A stretch of 63,613 nt of DNA, the filler included, from Licmophora abbreviata (lineage: Eukaryota), in assembly GCA_900291995.1 (NCBI GenBank). It is 17 parts of 17 records of this genome, joined end to end, with 100 filler letters (N's around TTAATTAATTAA, not from the genome) between each part and the next. Parts side by side here need not be neighbours in the genome. Positions count along the whole stretch, not along the records: positions 36,012 to 43,195 come from OLMU01000909.1; positions 43,296 to 44,749 come from OLMU01000910.1; positions 44,850 to 48,994 come from OLMU01000913.1; positions 49,095 to 50,615 come from OLMU01000914.1; 13 more parts are not named here. One strand, written 5' to 3'. Shown here piece by piece: positions 38,912-49,454 of this stretch. The position numbers and the translations under genes are program-made. The notes beneath the pieces were generated by a model. That model searched no databases. It saw only the letters and a program-made list of their open reading frames with translations, and was not told the DNA's origin. Each line of letters begins with the position of its first letter. Position 1 is the first letter of the stretch.

Positions 38912-40732
38912 TTAAGCATTGTCGATTACTCGTGTACCGGTCTTTCCCCATATCGACTCCGTAGAGAGACCGGGTATCGTCCCATCAACTTCGATTGTAT
39001 GCGCGCCAACACTCGCGAGGTTGAGAACTGCAGCCGCATCGGCGCCACCATCTATTGCCTCTTCTGGAAACCATACTCCAGGCTGCACACTTCCACTCAC
39101 TACAGCAGCACAAAACGCCGCAATACACTCCCCGACACATGGCTCCAAGTTCTCGTGCCCGTAGAGAGCTGTAGCACGAAATCCAGGTTCCTTGGTACTC
39201 GTAACATCACACCGCATAGCGTTCATAGCACCAGCAAAGTAGTCAACCAGTCGTACAATCGGAAGCGAAAAGATTGCCAATTTGGTCATGACGTCTTCGT
39301 TTGCAAGTAATGACGGAGGCAGTTGTGCCATGACTCCAAGCAGTGAGTTCCAGAATCCAGGTGCCGTGCCAAACAAACTCTTGGTATTGCCGACACACAT
39401 TACGTCATGCCTGCGCAAAGAATGAACCAGTGCCAATCAATGATCGTGTGCGCACTAAAAAGGAAGTACATCACGGAAGAACTTACACGGAAGCAGTTTC
39501 TAGTAGGTTGAGATGTGCCACGTCCTTGTCACCAACGATAGCACCAAAGTTAACGGTTGAGTATTCCTTCATCGCCTGTCGTATCATACACATGAAGAGA
39601 CAGTCAGTCACAAGTATCTAGGTTGAGACGAGTCAAAATCGGCTCAGCTTACTCATGTGCATACGCACCGGCACTGCTTCTCTTCTACCATTGACGACCA
39701 TCAAGGCTTCTTCGGCTAGAATAAGAAACGTTGCTACCAGCAATGTTACTCCGGCACCTCCGCTTCCTGCGATTGACAGAAGATCGAAGAATATCGGTGA
39801 GACAACGAGCTCGGTGTCTTCGTCTCAATGCATGAGACGAATTCCGACGGTAGAGGCGAATACAAACCTGCAGTGAAGAAGCTGAAATCGACTGACAAGT
39901 CCCGCGGGGACAGCGAAGGGCATGCCTCGAGCGTCTTGCCGACCAACTGCTTTGCCATGAGAGACGAAACCCCGGGCTGAGTCGATGATATAGCAAACAG
40001 AGACATTAGCGTCCTGAAGAATTACGAAAGTAGTAGGGATCTGATCGTGGTAGACAGTACTGTACTCACCCAGCAACCTGTGCTAATAATGCATGGCACA
40101 CCATTCTCTTGCGCTGTTCCAGCATACCTGACTTTGGCTGCCATTGCTGTGCAGTAGTCATCGCAAACGTCAATGTAGGGCACATTTTGTTGAACACAAG
40201 CCTCTAGAACACCGTTCGTAGCAGAAGCCTTCCCCTGAAAAGGCCCAGCCGTATGTACCACCAAGTCATATTGGCTCGCATGAAGTATCGACTCCACGGT
40301 GGCAGGGTCTTCTCGATTCACAGCCCGAAAGTCGACCATTCCAAACATTTCATACCCAAACAACTTTCCCCAGCGCTCCTTGGAAGTATCAAAAGATTCC
40401 ACTCGCGTCCCACCGACCGTAACTTGACACCCCCGTTGCACCAGCTGCGTCACGACGGAGCCGCCGACACGACCCGAGCCGCCGACTACCAACACCCGCT
40501 TGCCTCGAAGATTGTCTGCAGATATGACGCTTCTTGAAAGTTCTGCAAATAGTGATGTTTTAGAAGTGTATGGGGGTAAGAAGACTGGAGTATTTCGCAG
40601 ATTACTGAATCCAGAGGCCCCCGGGACGAGTAGCAGACAGGAGAAAACTAAGGCTAACGAAAACCGAGGTCGCAGCGACCACACGGATGTCGACGGCGAC
40701 ACCGACATCATGTCCCATTCTGAAGAAATCAT
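38912..40732 (-). CDS. Plastid-targeted saccharopine-dehydrogenase-like oxidoreductase; about four introns (first 39977-40069)
   Basis: Signal peptide ending ASG-F; VLVVGGSGRVGGS, VVHTAGPFQG, YIDVCDD, GCW|PGVSS, FTAG|SGGAG, QPGVWFPEEA. Confidence 0.88.
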
Positions 40733-41324
40733 TGCGAGCTCAATTCCACGGAGTCTAGCCTACGAGAGCTACTACCAGTTTTTGAGTAGGTCAGGTGAGA
40801 GTGATTCGTCTCCGCTTTCATAAACAGTCAACTGAATGACCTGATGTCGTCGCGTTCCCATCATGGTCGAAGGGCAGAAAAAAAAGCTAGAACCCGTCAC
40901 TCGTGATTCAGGCCAACTCATGACTGAGTCGTCCGCAGACGATACATCATTGCAATGATTGTTGCTTTTATAAACGATCGATCAACGAACACTCCTAGAG
41001 TGTAAGGACACAATCCAAGCAAGATATGGAAGCCAGTAGATAGTCATTTTTATAAGGTACAGTAAAGTTAGTGGCATAAGCAAGCGTCTACAGTGGACTG
41101 TGCAGAGGTGGTCGATAGTTGGTGGCATAGCAACTGTCTCCAACCCATAGAGCTTTCGCTCTGTTTTCAGTATTGGCGAGCTTGTTGAATGGCGTGAAGA
41201 GAGCTTGGGTCCAATTTTTTCTTGGCAATCAGGGGACTTAATCCAATGGATTATTTTTTGGATTGAGAAATAATGCGTAGTAGCGTCCAGAGTGATGCGA
41301 GCTGGAATGAAAACTTTCAGGCCC

Positions 41325-42170
41325 CTAGGTGCGAAACTCCATTTCTTCTTCAAATAAGACTGGATCCATTCCGAGAATAGCATTTGTCCCGTTTGTTCCT
41401 AGCAACGACATCCGTGAAGCAGCAGAAGCCGCAGCCACGCGTTCCATTTCTTCCTCGGGCAATGGGAGCATGTCGGGCACTGGCGGTTCCTCCTTGGCTT
41501 CTCCCGCTAGCGCCGACAAAATGACGGTCCACACCAGACCGCATGCAATGAGAATACTGATTTGAGAGGCTTCATCTGAAACCCCCACAAAGACTCCAAA
41601 CTGCACCGGAATCCAAAAGAGCCAGTTTCGAGTCATAAGGCCCCAAAAGGACGACGTGGCTCGCTCGATTGTTTGTCTCGCACTCATTCCCTGCACGACT
41701 CCCGTGACGGCGAAAAAGACTGGATAATACACGAGCGGAATCAATACCAGCTGACTGATCAGCGCTTGCTCCATCGCCGACGCAACTTTTGTGTCGGAAA
41801 AGAGCGCCCCGAGAACCTGACCATGGCAGGCTGCAATGAGCGGAGGGTACGCAAAGTGTTGTGCGGCGCGGTAGACCCCATCAAAGGCAGCAAAGGAAAC
41901 TGCTCTCTTGACATCATATTCTTCATCTTGTCGTATGAACTGTTGTTGAGCCAGAGCATCGCCAGCGACGGCAAGCACGACACCTGTGAGGACCTGTGTC
42001 CGCAAGGCGTCCGTATGAAGAGCCTCCTGGTAGCTTGAAACTAAGGGAGCGACTCCTGTCCGCAGAGACACCAAGGCTCCATCGATGAACGGCGCATGGG
42101 CAAACTGCGCGAGACCAAAGCCTCTGATAACTTGGGGCAACAGCAAGAGGAGCAGGGCAATCCTCATCAT
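41325..42170 (-). CDS. Mpv17/PMP22-family membrane protein with bipartite presequence
   Basis: TGVVLAVAGDALAQ, YDVKRA..F, NWLFWIPVQF, GLVWTVILS; signal peptide ending IRG-F. Confidence 0.88.
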   Translation of the reverse strand: MMRIALLLLLLPQVIRGFGLAQFAHAPFIDGALVSLRTGVAPLVSSYQEALHTDALRTQVLTGVVLAVAGDALAQQQFIRQDEEYDVKRAVSFAAFDGVYRAAQHFAYPPLIAACHGQVLGALFSDTKVASAMEQALISQLVLIPLVYYPVFFAVTGVVQGMSARQTIERATSSFWGLMTRNWLFWIPVQFGVFVGVSDEASQISILIACGLVWTVILSALAGEAKEEPPVPDMLPLPEEEMERVAAASAASRMSLLGTNGTNAILGMDPVLFEEEMEFRT

Positions 42171-42448
42171 CGTTCTTTCCAGTCCAATAGACAGACACAC
42201 TGTGAACACGCTGAAATGAATCAATGAAGAATGGTTTCTATTTTCTTTCTCGCTACTTCATCTTCAACGTTCTCACTTCAAGATGTCGCTGACATCATCG
42301 CGAAGAAAGCGCGCGCCATCTGGCGGGCCTGCGAGGGTCTTAAATACGACTGCGTCACTCATGACTGAAATGTTCATGGGACTCAGCAGTGACGTGTTCG
42401 CCTTTTCTATGATATTTCGTTTGAGAAGGCACACCGGTAAGGTCCACC

Positions 42449-43586
42449 ATGGCGAATGCTGCCCTCATTACAACCACGACTATGTGGTTCCTGCTTTCCG
42501 CAGCCTTTCTAGGTGTTGCTCTTGGCTTTCAGTCCACACCGCTGCAGTCGATCCGACTCATCCCATCTAGGAGAGACGCACCGAAGCTCTTCTCCTCCGC
42601 CGCCGATGATCTGTCCGCCCTTCTCACTGCTCGCTTTCCCACCAGTGTAGAGGACCAGGTGAGACAGGCTAGTGAGGCATTGAAGCGCGCTAATAACAAC
42701 GACGACAAGAAGATCTATCGTCATTCCGTACGTCTGCTGCTTCCCCTCATTGGTGCCACTGAATTGGACGATTGGCCCGGAGGAGCACGTCAAATGATGG
42801 AGGCAGCGTCGCCCCTAATGGAACGTATTCTGCGCAGTATGGCGATGAACGGAGACGATCTGAAGATTCAGAGAACAGTCATTGATGAGAACGATGGAGT
42901 CGTGGCGTTATTGTCTCAAGCGCTCACCGCCCAGGACGATGCGTGTGTGGTCCTGTTACCGTCGGCAGATACGGTTGATACGTTGGTGGAGTCACTCAGA
43001 GGCTCAAGTGGGTCCACAGCGAAACCTTATTCTTGTCAATGCTCAGTGGAAACGTAAATCTGACTTCGGGGGCGCGCTGATGATGATGCCGTTTGGAAGT
43101 CGGAATGAGCGAATCGATTACGTGGAACAGTACGAACCGACGTTTCATTGTAGCAACTTGATGGTGGAAGGAGAACAAATTCGTGTGCTTCGAACNNNNN
43201 NNNNNNNNNNNNNNNNNNNNNNNNNNNNNNNNNNNNNNNTTAATTAATTAANNNNNNNNNNNNNNNNNNNNNNNNNNNNNNNNNNNNNNNNNNNNGCGAA
43301 TTCGTAGTATCCTGGTCCCTGGCGAGTCTTTCTGAGACAAGAAAAAAAAGAAGACGGCAATATCATCGAGTGGAAAGAAATCGGAAGCAAGAGGGTTGTT
43401 GCTGCCAAACCTGCTGGATGGGACAAGGATCCAAACAACCAAAGAGATGGAGGCCGCTTGTTTGATCATGGTCAGCCGACCTACAGCGAAATTGAGGAAA
43501 TGATCGTCTCCATGGAGGGCTATCGACCAAAATCTATGACAGAACGGGCATCCGCAGCATTCACGTTTATCAAGGATACACTGTAA
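42449..43586 (+). CDS. Plastid-targeted DUF1995-like protein; frameshift ~42998, spans a gap
   Basis: Signal peptide ending ALG-F; ELDDWPGG, LILVNAQW..SDFG, VLR..YPGPWRVF; continues after the gap to a stop at 43584-43586. Confidence 0.75.
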
Positions 43587-43612
43587 ACTTTCTTGTAAGA
43601 ATCTTGAAAAGA

Positions 43613-44749
43613 TCAGTCGGTTGTTATGGTGTCTATTGCTTGACGGAATGCTGCGGCCCACGACGCGCCACCGACTTGATGTAGCAACGCACCCAAGTTG
43701 TCCATACTACTGTTGAGATGACTGCCTTCCGACTGCAACAAGTCCCAATCAACTTCTCTCAATATGCTTCTCGTTTGTGATTCTAACGGTCCAGCGTCAA
43801 TCAGAACTGATAGTTGTCGTTCCAGACATGGCCGACCCCGCGAGTCGACGTCAACGCGACTCGTTCGCCATCGCTTGAGGAAGGACGACACATTGTCTCC
43901 CACAATACCCACGAGAATGAGAGGTCGCCTGGAGAAATCGTCGTGAGGGTAGCATTGTTGTATTAGGACAAGACAATTGAGCTGATGCGCCGTCCTTCGG
44001 AGCCACTTTCGATACTGTCTTCCATCATTCATGTGGTCGACAATGACCAATGATCCCATCAATGGATGTACTGGTTCGCGCAAGTCGTCGGTGGTTATCA
44101 CGTCATGATCGGTAGTGTCGTAGACTTTCAAACTCGTGAGAAACAAGGCCTCAAGTCCGACATCTCGACAGCGTTGAGCAACCACCGACATGTCGTCGAC
44201 TTCCTCAAAGGAATCAAACTTCCGACTACTCTCCAAGTCGGTACCAGTCAAGACTCGTTCTTGTTGTTCACCACGTACTACCAAGTACTGCCATGACATG
44301 GGTCGGATTTCGTCATAGAATGCCACACAGTCCTCTTCATCGCCCTCGATAATGATAATACCAGGCCACCCAATCTTCATGTACCCCGTGAGTCGATACG
44401 ACGACGCCAATTGTTTCATGGTAGCTCGCTTGACTTTGGAAATAATGTGATGCGAATAAATGAGACGTCGTCCAAGTGTCACGCACGGATGTGCACCCGA
44501 GCTGACTGACGACGATAATGAAGATGGACTGGGAGTCGACTCTGCGTTTCTTTTTTCACTTGCAATCCGAGGCCACTCTTCTTGGATCCATTCATCGGCA
44601 TGAGCAAGGACAAGAAATACCGATTCTTCGCCCTGATTCTCCGTTGCCACACTTCGACAAGATTCCACCAGTGCTGGCAATGCATCCCACGCTTGCTTCA
44701 CATTGGAGCTTGCACTTCGCGTCTCTTCCACACGACCGGTAACGTACAA
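43613..44749 (-). CDS. RWDD2-like (DUF1115) protein with an added RWDD3-like C-terminal domain, 5' partial
   Basis: RRLIYSHHI..KR, LTGYMKIGWPGIIIIEG..C..F...WQ; second unit DHMN...Y...VDVDSRGRPCLER. Confidence 0.8.
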   Translation of the reverse strand: MYVTGRVEETRSASSNVKQAWDALPALVESCRSVATENQGEESVFLVLAHADEWIQEEWPRIASEKRNAESTPSPSSLSSSVSSGAHPCVTLGRRLIYSHHIISKVKRATMKQLASSYRLTGYMKIGWPGIIIIEGDEEDCVAFYDEIRPMSWQYLVVRGEQQERVLTGTDLESSRKFDSFEEVDDMSVVAQRCRDVGLEALFLTSLKVYDTTDHDVITTDDLREPVHPLMGSLVIVDHMNDGRQYRKWLRRTAHQLNCLVLIQQCYPHDDFSRRPLILVGIVGDNVSSFLKRWRTSRVDVDSRGRPCLERQLSVLIDAGPLESQTRSILREVDWDLLQSEGSHLNSSMDNLGALLHQVGGASWAAAFRQAIDTITTD

Positions 44750-44849
44750 NNNNNNNNNNNNNNNNNNNNNNNNNNNNNNNNNNNNNNNNNNNNTTAATTA
44801 ATTAANNNNNNNNNNNNNNNNNNNNNNNNNNNNNNNNNNNNNNNNNNNN

Positions 44850-47800
44850 AGCTAAAGAGGAAGCACCTCCTGTACTCAAAGACTTTAGCGTATATCCACC
44901 AAAGAGCAAGATTTGCTCTGGTTTCAACGCCGTGCAGTCTCGAAGAAATACCTGCGATGATAGCACCATCTCATGATACAGAAAGTACCGCGGGAGTCGC
45001 TGATTTGGAGGCCTTCGATGGAAGGCAACGGAAGATGGATGCAACCCAGCATGTTCTTCAATCCGTGTGCGAAGCGTGCCGAAGTTACTCAGCCGAGATC
45101 GGCGCACGGCAAGATTTCCCGGCAAACCCGTCGCCCAAATTGAACTGGCAAGCAAATCAATCGTGCCGTTTTGGTTCACAGAGGCGTCCTCCCGCAGCTG
45201 TTTCTTGTTGTCACGGGTTCTCATGATGTCGCTATTGGGGACCAAACCGATTCTATTCAAGTCATGCAGAAGCTGTGCGCGCACCGAATGTATCGAGCTC
45301 ATCGCATGAACGCTGACAAAGCGATCAGAAGCCCACTGCTTGGTAGAGGCCCAGCCTTCATCGCGAATCAGCGCTTGGACGTCATCGTATGCCTTGACGG
45401 TCGCCATCAAGTCAGAAGTATCACAGAAGGCCTGTCTGATCGCCCTTGCATCGTCTCTCATCCCGGGTGGTTGGTAGAATGGATTTCTGCTGCTAAAGCA
45501 TGCAGCAGCAGTAAGAACAGGACCCAAACATTTCATAACGCATCCCATGATGAGCATGCGTCCGACCGCGGGATCCAGTGGCAAACGCGAGAGACATCGT
45601 CCTAGTGGTGTCAGGGTCTCACCATGCCCCTCGTTGACACTGACGGCGCCTAGCTTCGCCAGGCGCTCCATCGAAAGCGAGATTGTTTCTTCGCTTGGTG
45701 GGTCCAGAGCTCGACCAAGAAAATTTGCCACCCCATCGTTTGTCATGGAACAGGTCTGCAAGCAAGTGGCCTCCAGAGCCGTACGTTGGATCTCTGGCAT
45801 TGGACGTTCCAGCATAGCGTGTAAAGCACCACGAGAGTAAATTCGATAGCACTTGCCAGGCGCGACACGACCTGCGCGACCCAAACGTTGTGTAGCAGAT
45901 GCTCGAGATGTAGGCACAGTTTCCATTGTAGCCATGGCACTTCGTGCGTCATAGGACATTTCGCGCACAAGCCCGCTATCAACAACGACAAGAACGTCGT
46001 CGATCGTCACGGAACTTTCAGCAATATTCGTCGCAAGAATCACTTTCACATTGCCCTCATCGGCTGGCTCAAAAACTTTGTGCTGTTCTTCTTGCGGGAT
46101 CGTTGAGTGGAGACGAAGTACCTTCATTTTGCTTTTCAAACGCGGGCCTGACGCTTCCAATATTGAAGCCGCTGCCTTAATTTCGTCCCAGCCGGGGAGA
46201 AAACACAGTATGCTCCCATTCCTTCCAGCGTCTATTTCCATCTGAGTCACGTGCTTAGCGATTTCAGCAACCAATGTGACAACAATCTCGCCAACCTCAC
46301 GTTTTTGTCTGTCGGTCATGCTTTGAGATCTCAGGAAAGCTTTAGATGAGTCCCCTGAGGCAGTGTTGCGCATCGATACAGCTGTTCGCAATGTCTCTAA
46401 TCTCGTTTTCGGTCGTCCATCCTGTTTTTCGTCATCGGAGTCGCTGTCGCTACTGTCGCTACTATCAAGCAGCTCACCTTTGTCTTCCGCGGTGGACCGA
46501 GCCTCAAGGCGCACCGCTGCCACTTCCTCGGCGTCAGCTTCTTCCAAGTCAAGCTGCAGCTGCTGGTCCTGCGCATCAAGAAGCGATTTTGCGATCCTCT
46601 GTAGCCCAGAGGGAAAATCAGCGCTCGTGCCAGTCGATTCACCAGCAAGGTCTTCGAGATGAACAATCTCCACAGGATGCCGTGGCTGCGCTGGCACTCC
46701 CATTACAGGTACAGGACCTCCAATCCCATGGCCTTCTCGCGAGAAATAGGCACCAAAACTCTTTGCATCGAGCGTCGCAGACATAAGCACGACACGTAAG
46801 TCAGGTTTCTTCGTAAGCAGCTCCTTCAGCAGAACAAGTAGAAAATCGGTATCAATGTCTCGCTCGTGGACCTCGTCGATCATCACATGGGACACACCCT
46901 CCAAACTTGAGTCGTTGGTTAGTCGTCTCAGTAGAACACCGGTCGTGACGAATTCAATACTAGCTCCCGCTTCCCGAGGCATTTCACGGTTGAAGCGGAC
47001 TACGTAGCCAACAGAATTACCAATGCGTTCGCCTCGTTCGGCAGCGACTCGCTCTGCAACAGAGATGGCTGCAATACGACGCGGCTGGGTGACGACAATC
47101 CGAGTTTCCGCGCCCCTTCCATTTGCAATCGCATCTTCCAGAATATACTGCGGACACTGTGTACTCTTGCCACTACCTGTTCCACCGGACACAACCAAGA
47201 CTTGATTCGTCTGCAGTGCATCAAGAAGCTCTTGTCGAATGGCCTTAATAGGCAGAGCATCTCGTATCGCCTCCATGACGCCCTGCTTTCCGTCGGGATT
47301 CTCATGAGCCTTTTCCGCTCGAGCATTCTCTTCCTGCGCGAATGCAGCATTGAGTCCTCTCCGATTCAACGATCTTGATGACTTAGCGCTTGTAGTTTGG
47401 GGGGCGAGCTCGGTTCGACGCCGTTGGAAGCTAGCTGCAAATTCTTCCTTTTCCTCCGCATGTCGCTTCATTCGCTTTTCATGGTCGGTTGGTATAGTGC
47501 CCAGACAGTCCCGTAAAGTATCTAGAGACTCGTCCGGGAGAGGCGGCAGTCGCACTGAAGCAACATGTTGGGCCGGCGAGTTGCGGATCAGATATTTGTA
47601 TTCTTCCATCCGATCTCTTCCCACGATCTCCTCCAAAGACCCACCAGCCGCATTAATAACAGCTTGGTTCTGCGCTTCGACTTTGTTCCTACCGGATCCA
47701 GAACCGTTGAGAGACCGATCCCGTACAGACATGGTAACGAGCGAGGTCCACTGGTCCCTCAGCTCCATGTCTTCAAACTGCGGACGCGATGCGTTGCATA

Positions 47801-48554
47801 GCTCCAACATCATCTGGGCTTGTCTGAGCTTCTCTTGAAAGCGTTCTTTTTCTGCAGCCCTCTGCAAAGCTCTCATGTCAGGCGGTTTCCGGGCATTGAT
47901 ACCACACTCGGTCAGAATTGCGAGTAAGTCCACTCCGGCTAGTAGTTCTGCGTCTCGTTTCCGTCGAGCTATGCCCGACGAAACTAGGTGGACAGTCTTT
48001 GCTCCATGTTCATTGAAAGAACACTTTGCCGAAACTGGAATAGAACGAAGGAGACTTTCATCCACCATAGTTGTCGTGGTGGCAACAAACATTTGATTTT
48101 GTTTGGGTCCAGCCGCGACGTGAGTCATGCGTTGTTGAAACATCATTTTCTGGCGACAGTCGTACAGACGGTCCTTCGTTTGCTGTAGATGAATGCCGAG
48201 CTGGTCTAGAAATGACTCTACTCGTTCCTTAGTCATGATGGGACGACCGTCTTTCTCCGTCGTCCATTTTCGCCAGTCGAATTCCTTGCTCAATTTCTTC
48301 TTTTCGCTCTGGCGAGCTTTGCGCTTCTTCCGACGAGAGCTTTTACTACCCATTTCTCGAATAAAAACAGCACAATTGAGTCGGCCTGCATTGATATTGG
48401 ATTTAGCATAGTACGTGTTGTGCACCGACAAAGTAGCTTGTCGTCCAACGGTGCGAGGTGAAACGACCGATGTTAAAAGGCCGCGACACGGCTGGTTTCT
48501 CGTTGACAATGAGATGCGCTTCAAGCTGCCGTTTAGTACTGCATGGAAATACAT
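44850..48554 (-). CDS. DEAH/RHA RNA helicase, DHX30/DHX36-like, with dsRBD-like segments; 3' partial
   Basis: GTGSGKSTQ, TQPRRIAA, DEVHER, MSAT, FLPGW, ATNIAESSVTI, QRLGRAGR, HA2 LTPLG...LPLDP; GIARRKRDAE and GSGRNKVEAQ resemble dsRBD helices. Confidence 0.95.
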
Positions 48555-48912
48555 CGAGCGGTTCCTGGTCTACTGTACCAGGTCAGAGCAATCCATTTGA
48601 GGTGTGAACGCAGGATCAGGGCGACAGAAGAGCGAAGCGAGGAACTTTCAAAGTATGGGTGATGAACGGAATGAAATCTGTGATGTGAAGGTGATGTGAG
48701 AAACGGGTTCTGGGCTCGCAGATATCAGGCTCAAAGACGACGACAGCCATAGAAAAGGGCATATGTTCAACAAAATGTCATTGACATTCTTCACGCGATA
48801 CGTCCTCTGCAGCCGCGCGCGCGATGAGGAAGCGCCATCATTTTTTTGTCTGCAAAACGCGCGGGCAAAAGCCACCACAGCGCTCGGTCTGATGAGAAAT
48901 CAGATATAGACC

Positions 48913-49380
48913 ATGACGGCCGATACGGGCGACACTGCCCCTCAATCCAATGAACATGAAACGGATCCTCCAGCGCAGCACACGGAGCATATATNNNNNN
49001 NNNNNNNNNNNNNNNNNNNNNNNNNNNNNNNNNNNNNNTTAATTAATTAANNNNNNNNNNNNNNNNNNNNNNNNNNNNNNNNNNNNNNNNNNNNAATCGG
49101 GGACTATACGCTCGGTGGTGGCGTAGCAGGAGCGGCCTTTCGGGGCATGCAGATTCAACCATTAAATCAAAAGTCACAGGCACCAACACTGACACCTAGA
49201 ATCTTGTCGGGGCTTGTTCCTGGAGTGACACTGGGTTTCGTTGCGGGAGTATTCGTCTATGCGGCCAACCTCGGGATGGACCAGCTGGACGAGCTGGAGC
49301 GACAGCAGAGAGAAGATTGGCTCGAGATACACGAAAAGGAAGACAGAGGTGAGTCTGAGGATGACAAAGTATCTAGCTAG
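48913..49380 (+). CDS. Small membrane protein, possibly Tim17/Tim22-like; middle lies in a gap
   Basis: ATG at 48913 open to the gap; after the gap IGDYTLGGGVAGAAFRG and GLVPGVTLGFVAG (glycine-zipper TM helices). Confidence 0.4.
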
Positions 49381-49454
49381 GTGGTTGTATTTCTTAGGCT
49401 TTATGAATAGTGTAGCGTAGTAGACTCGCATGCGGAAAATGGGATAGCGGATCC

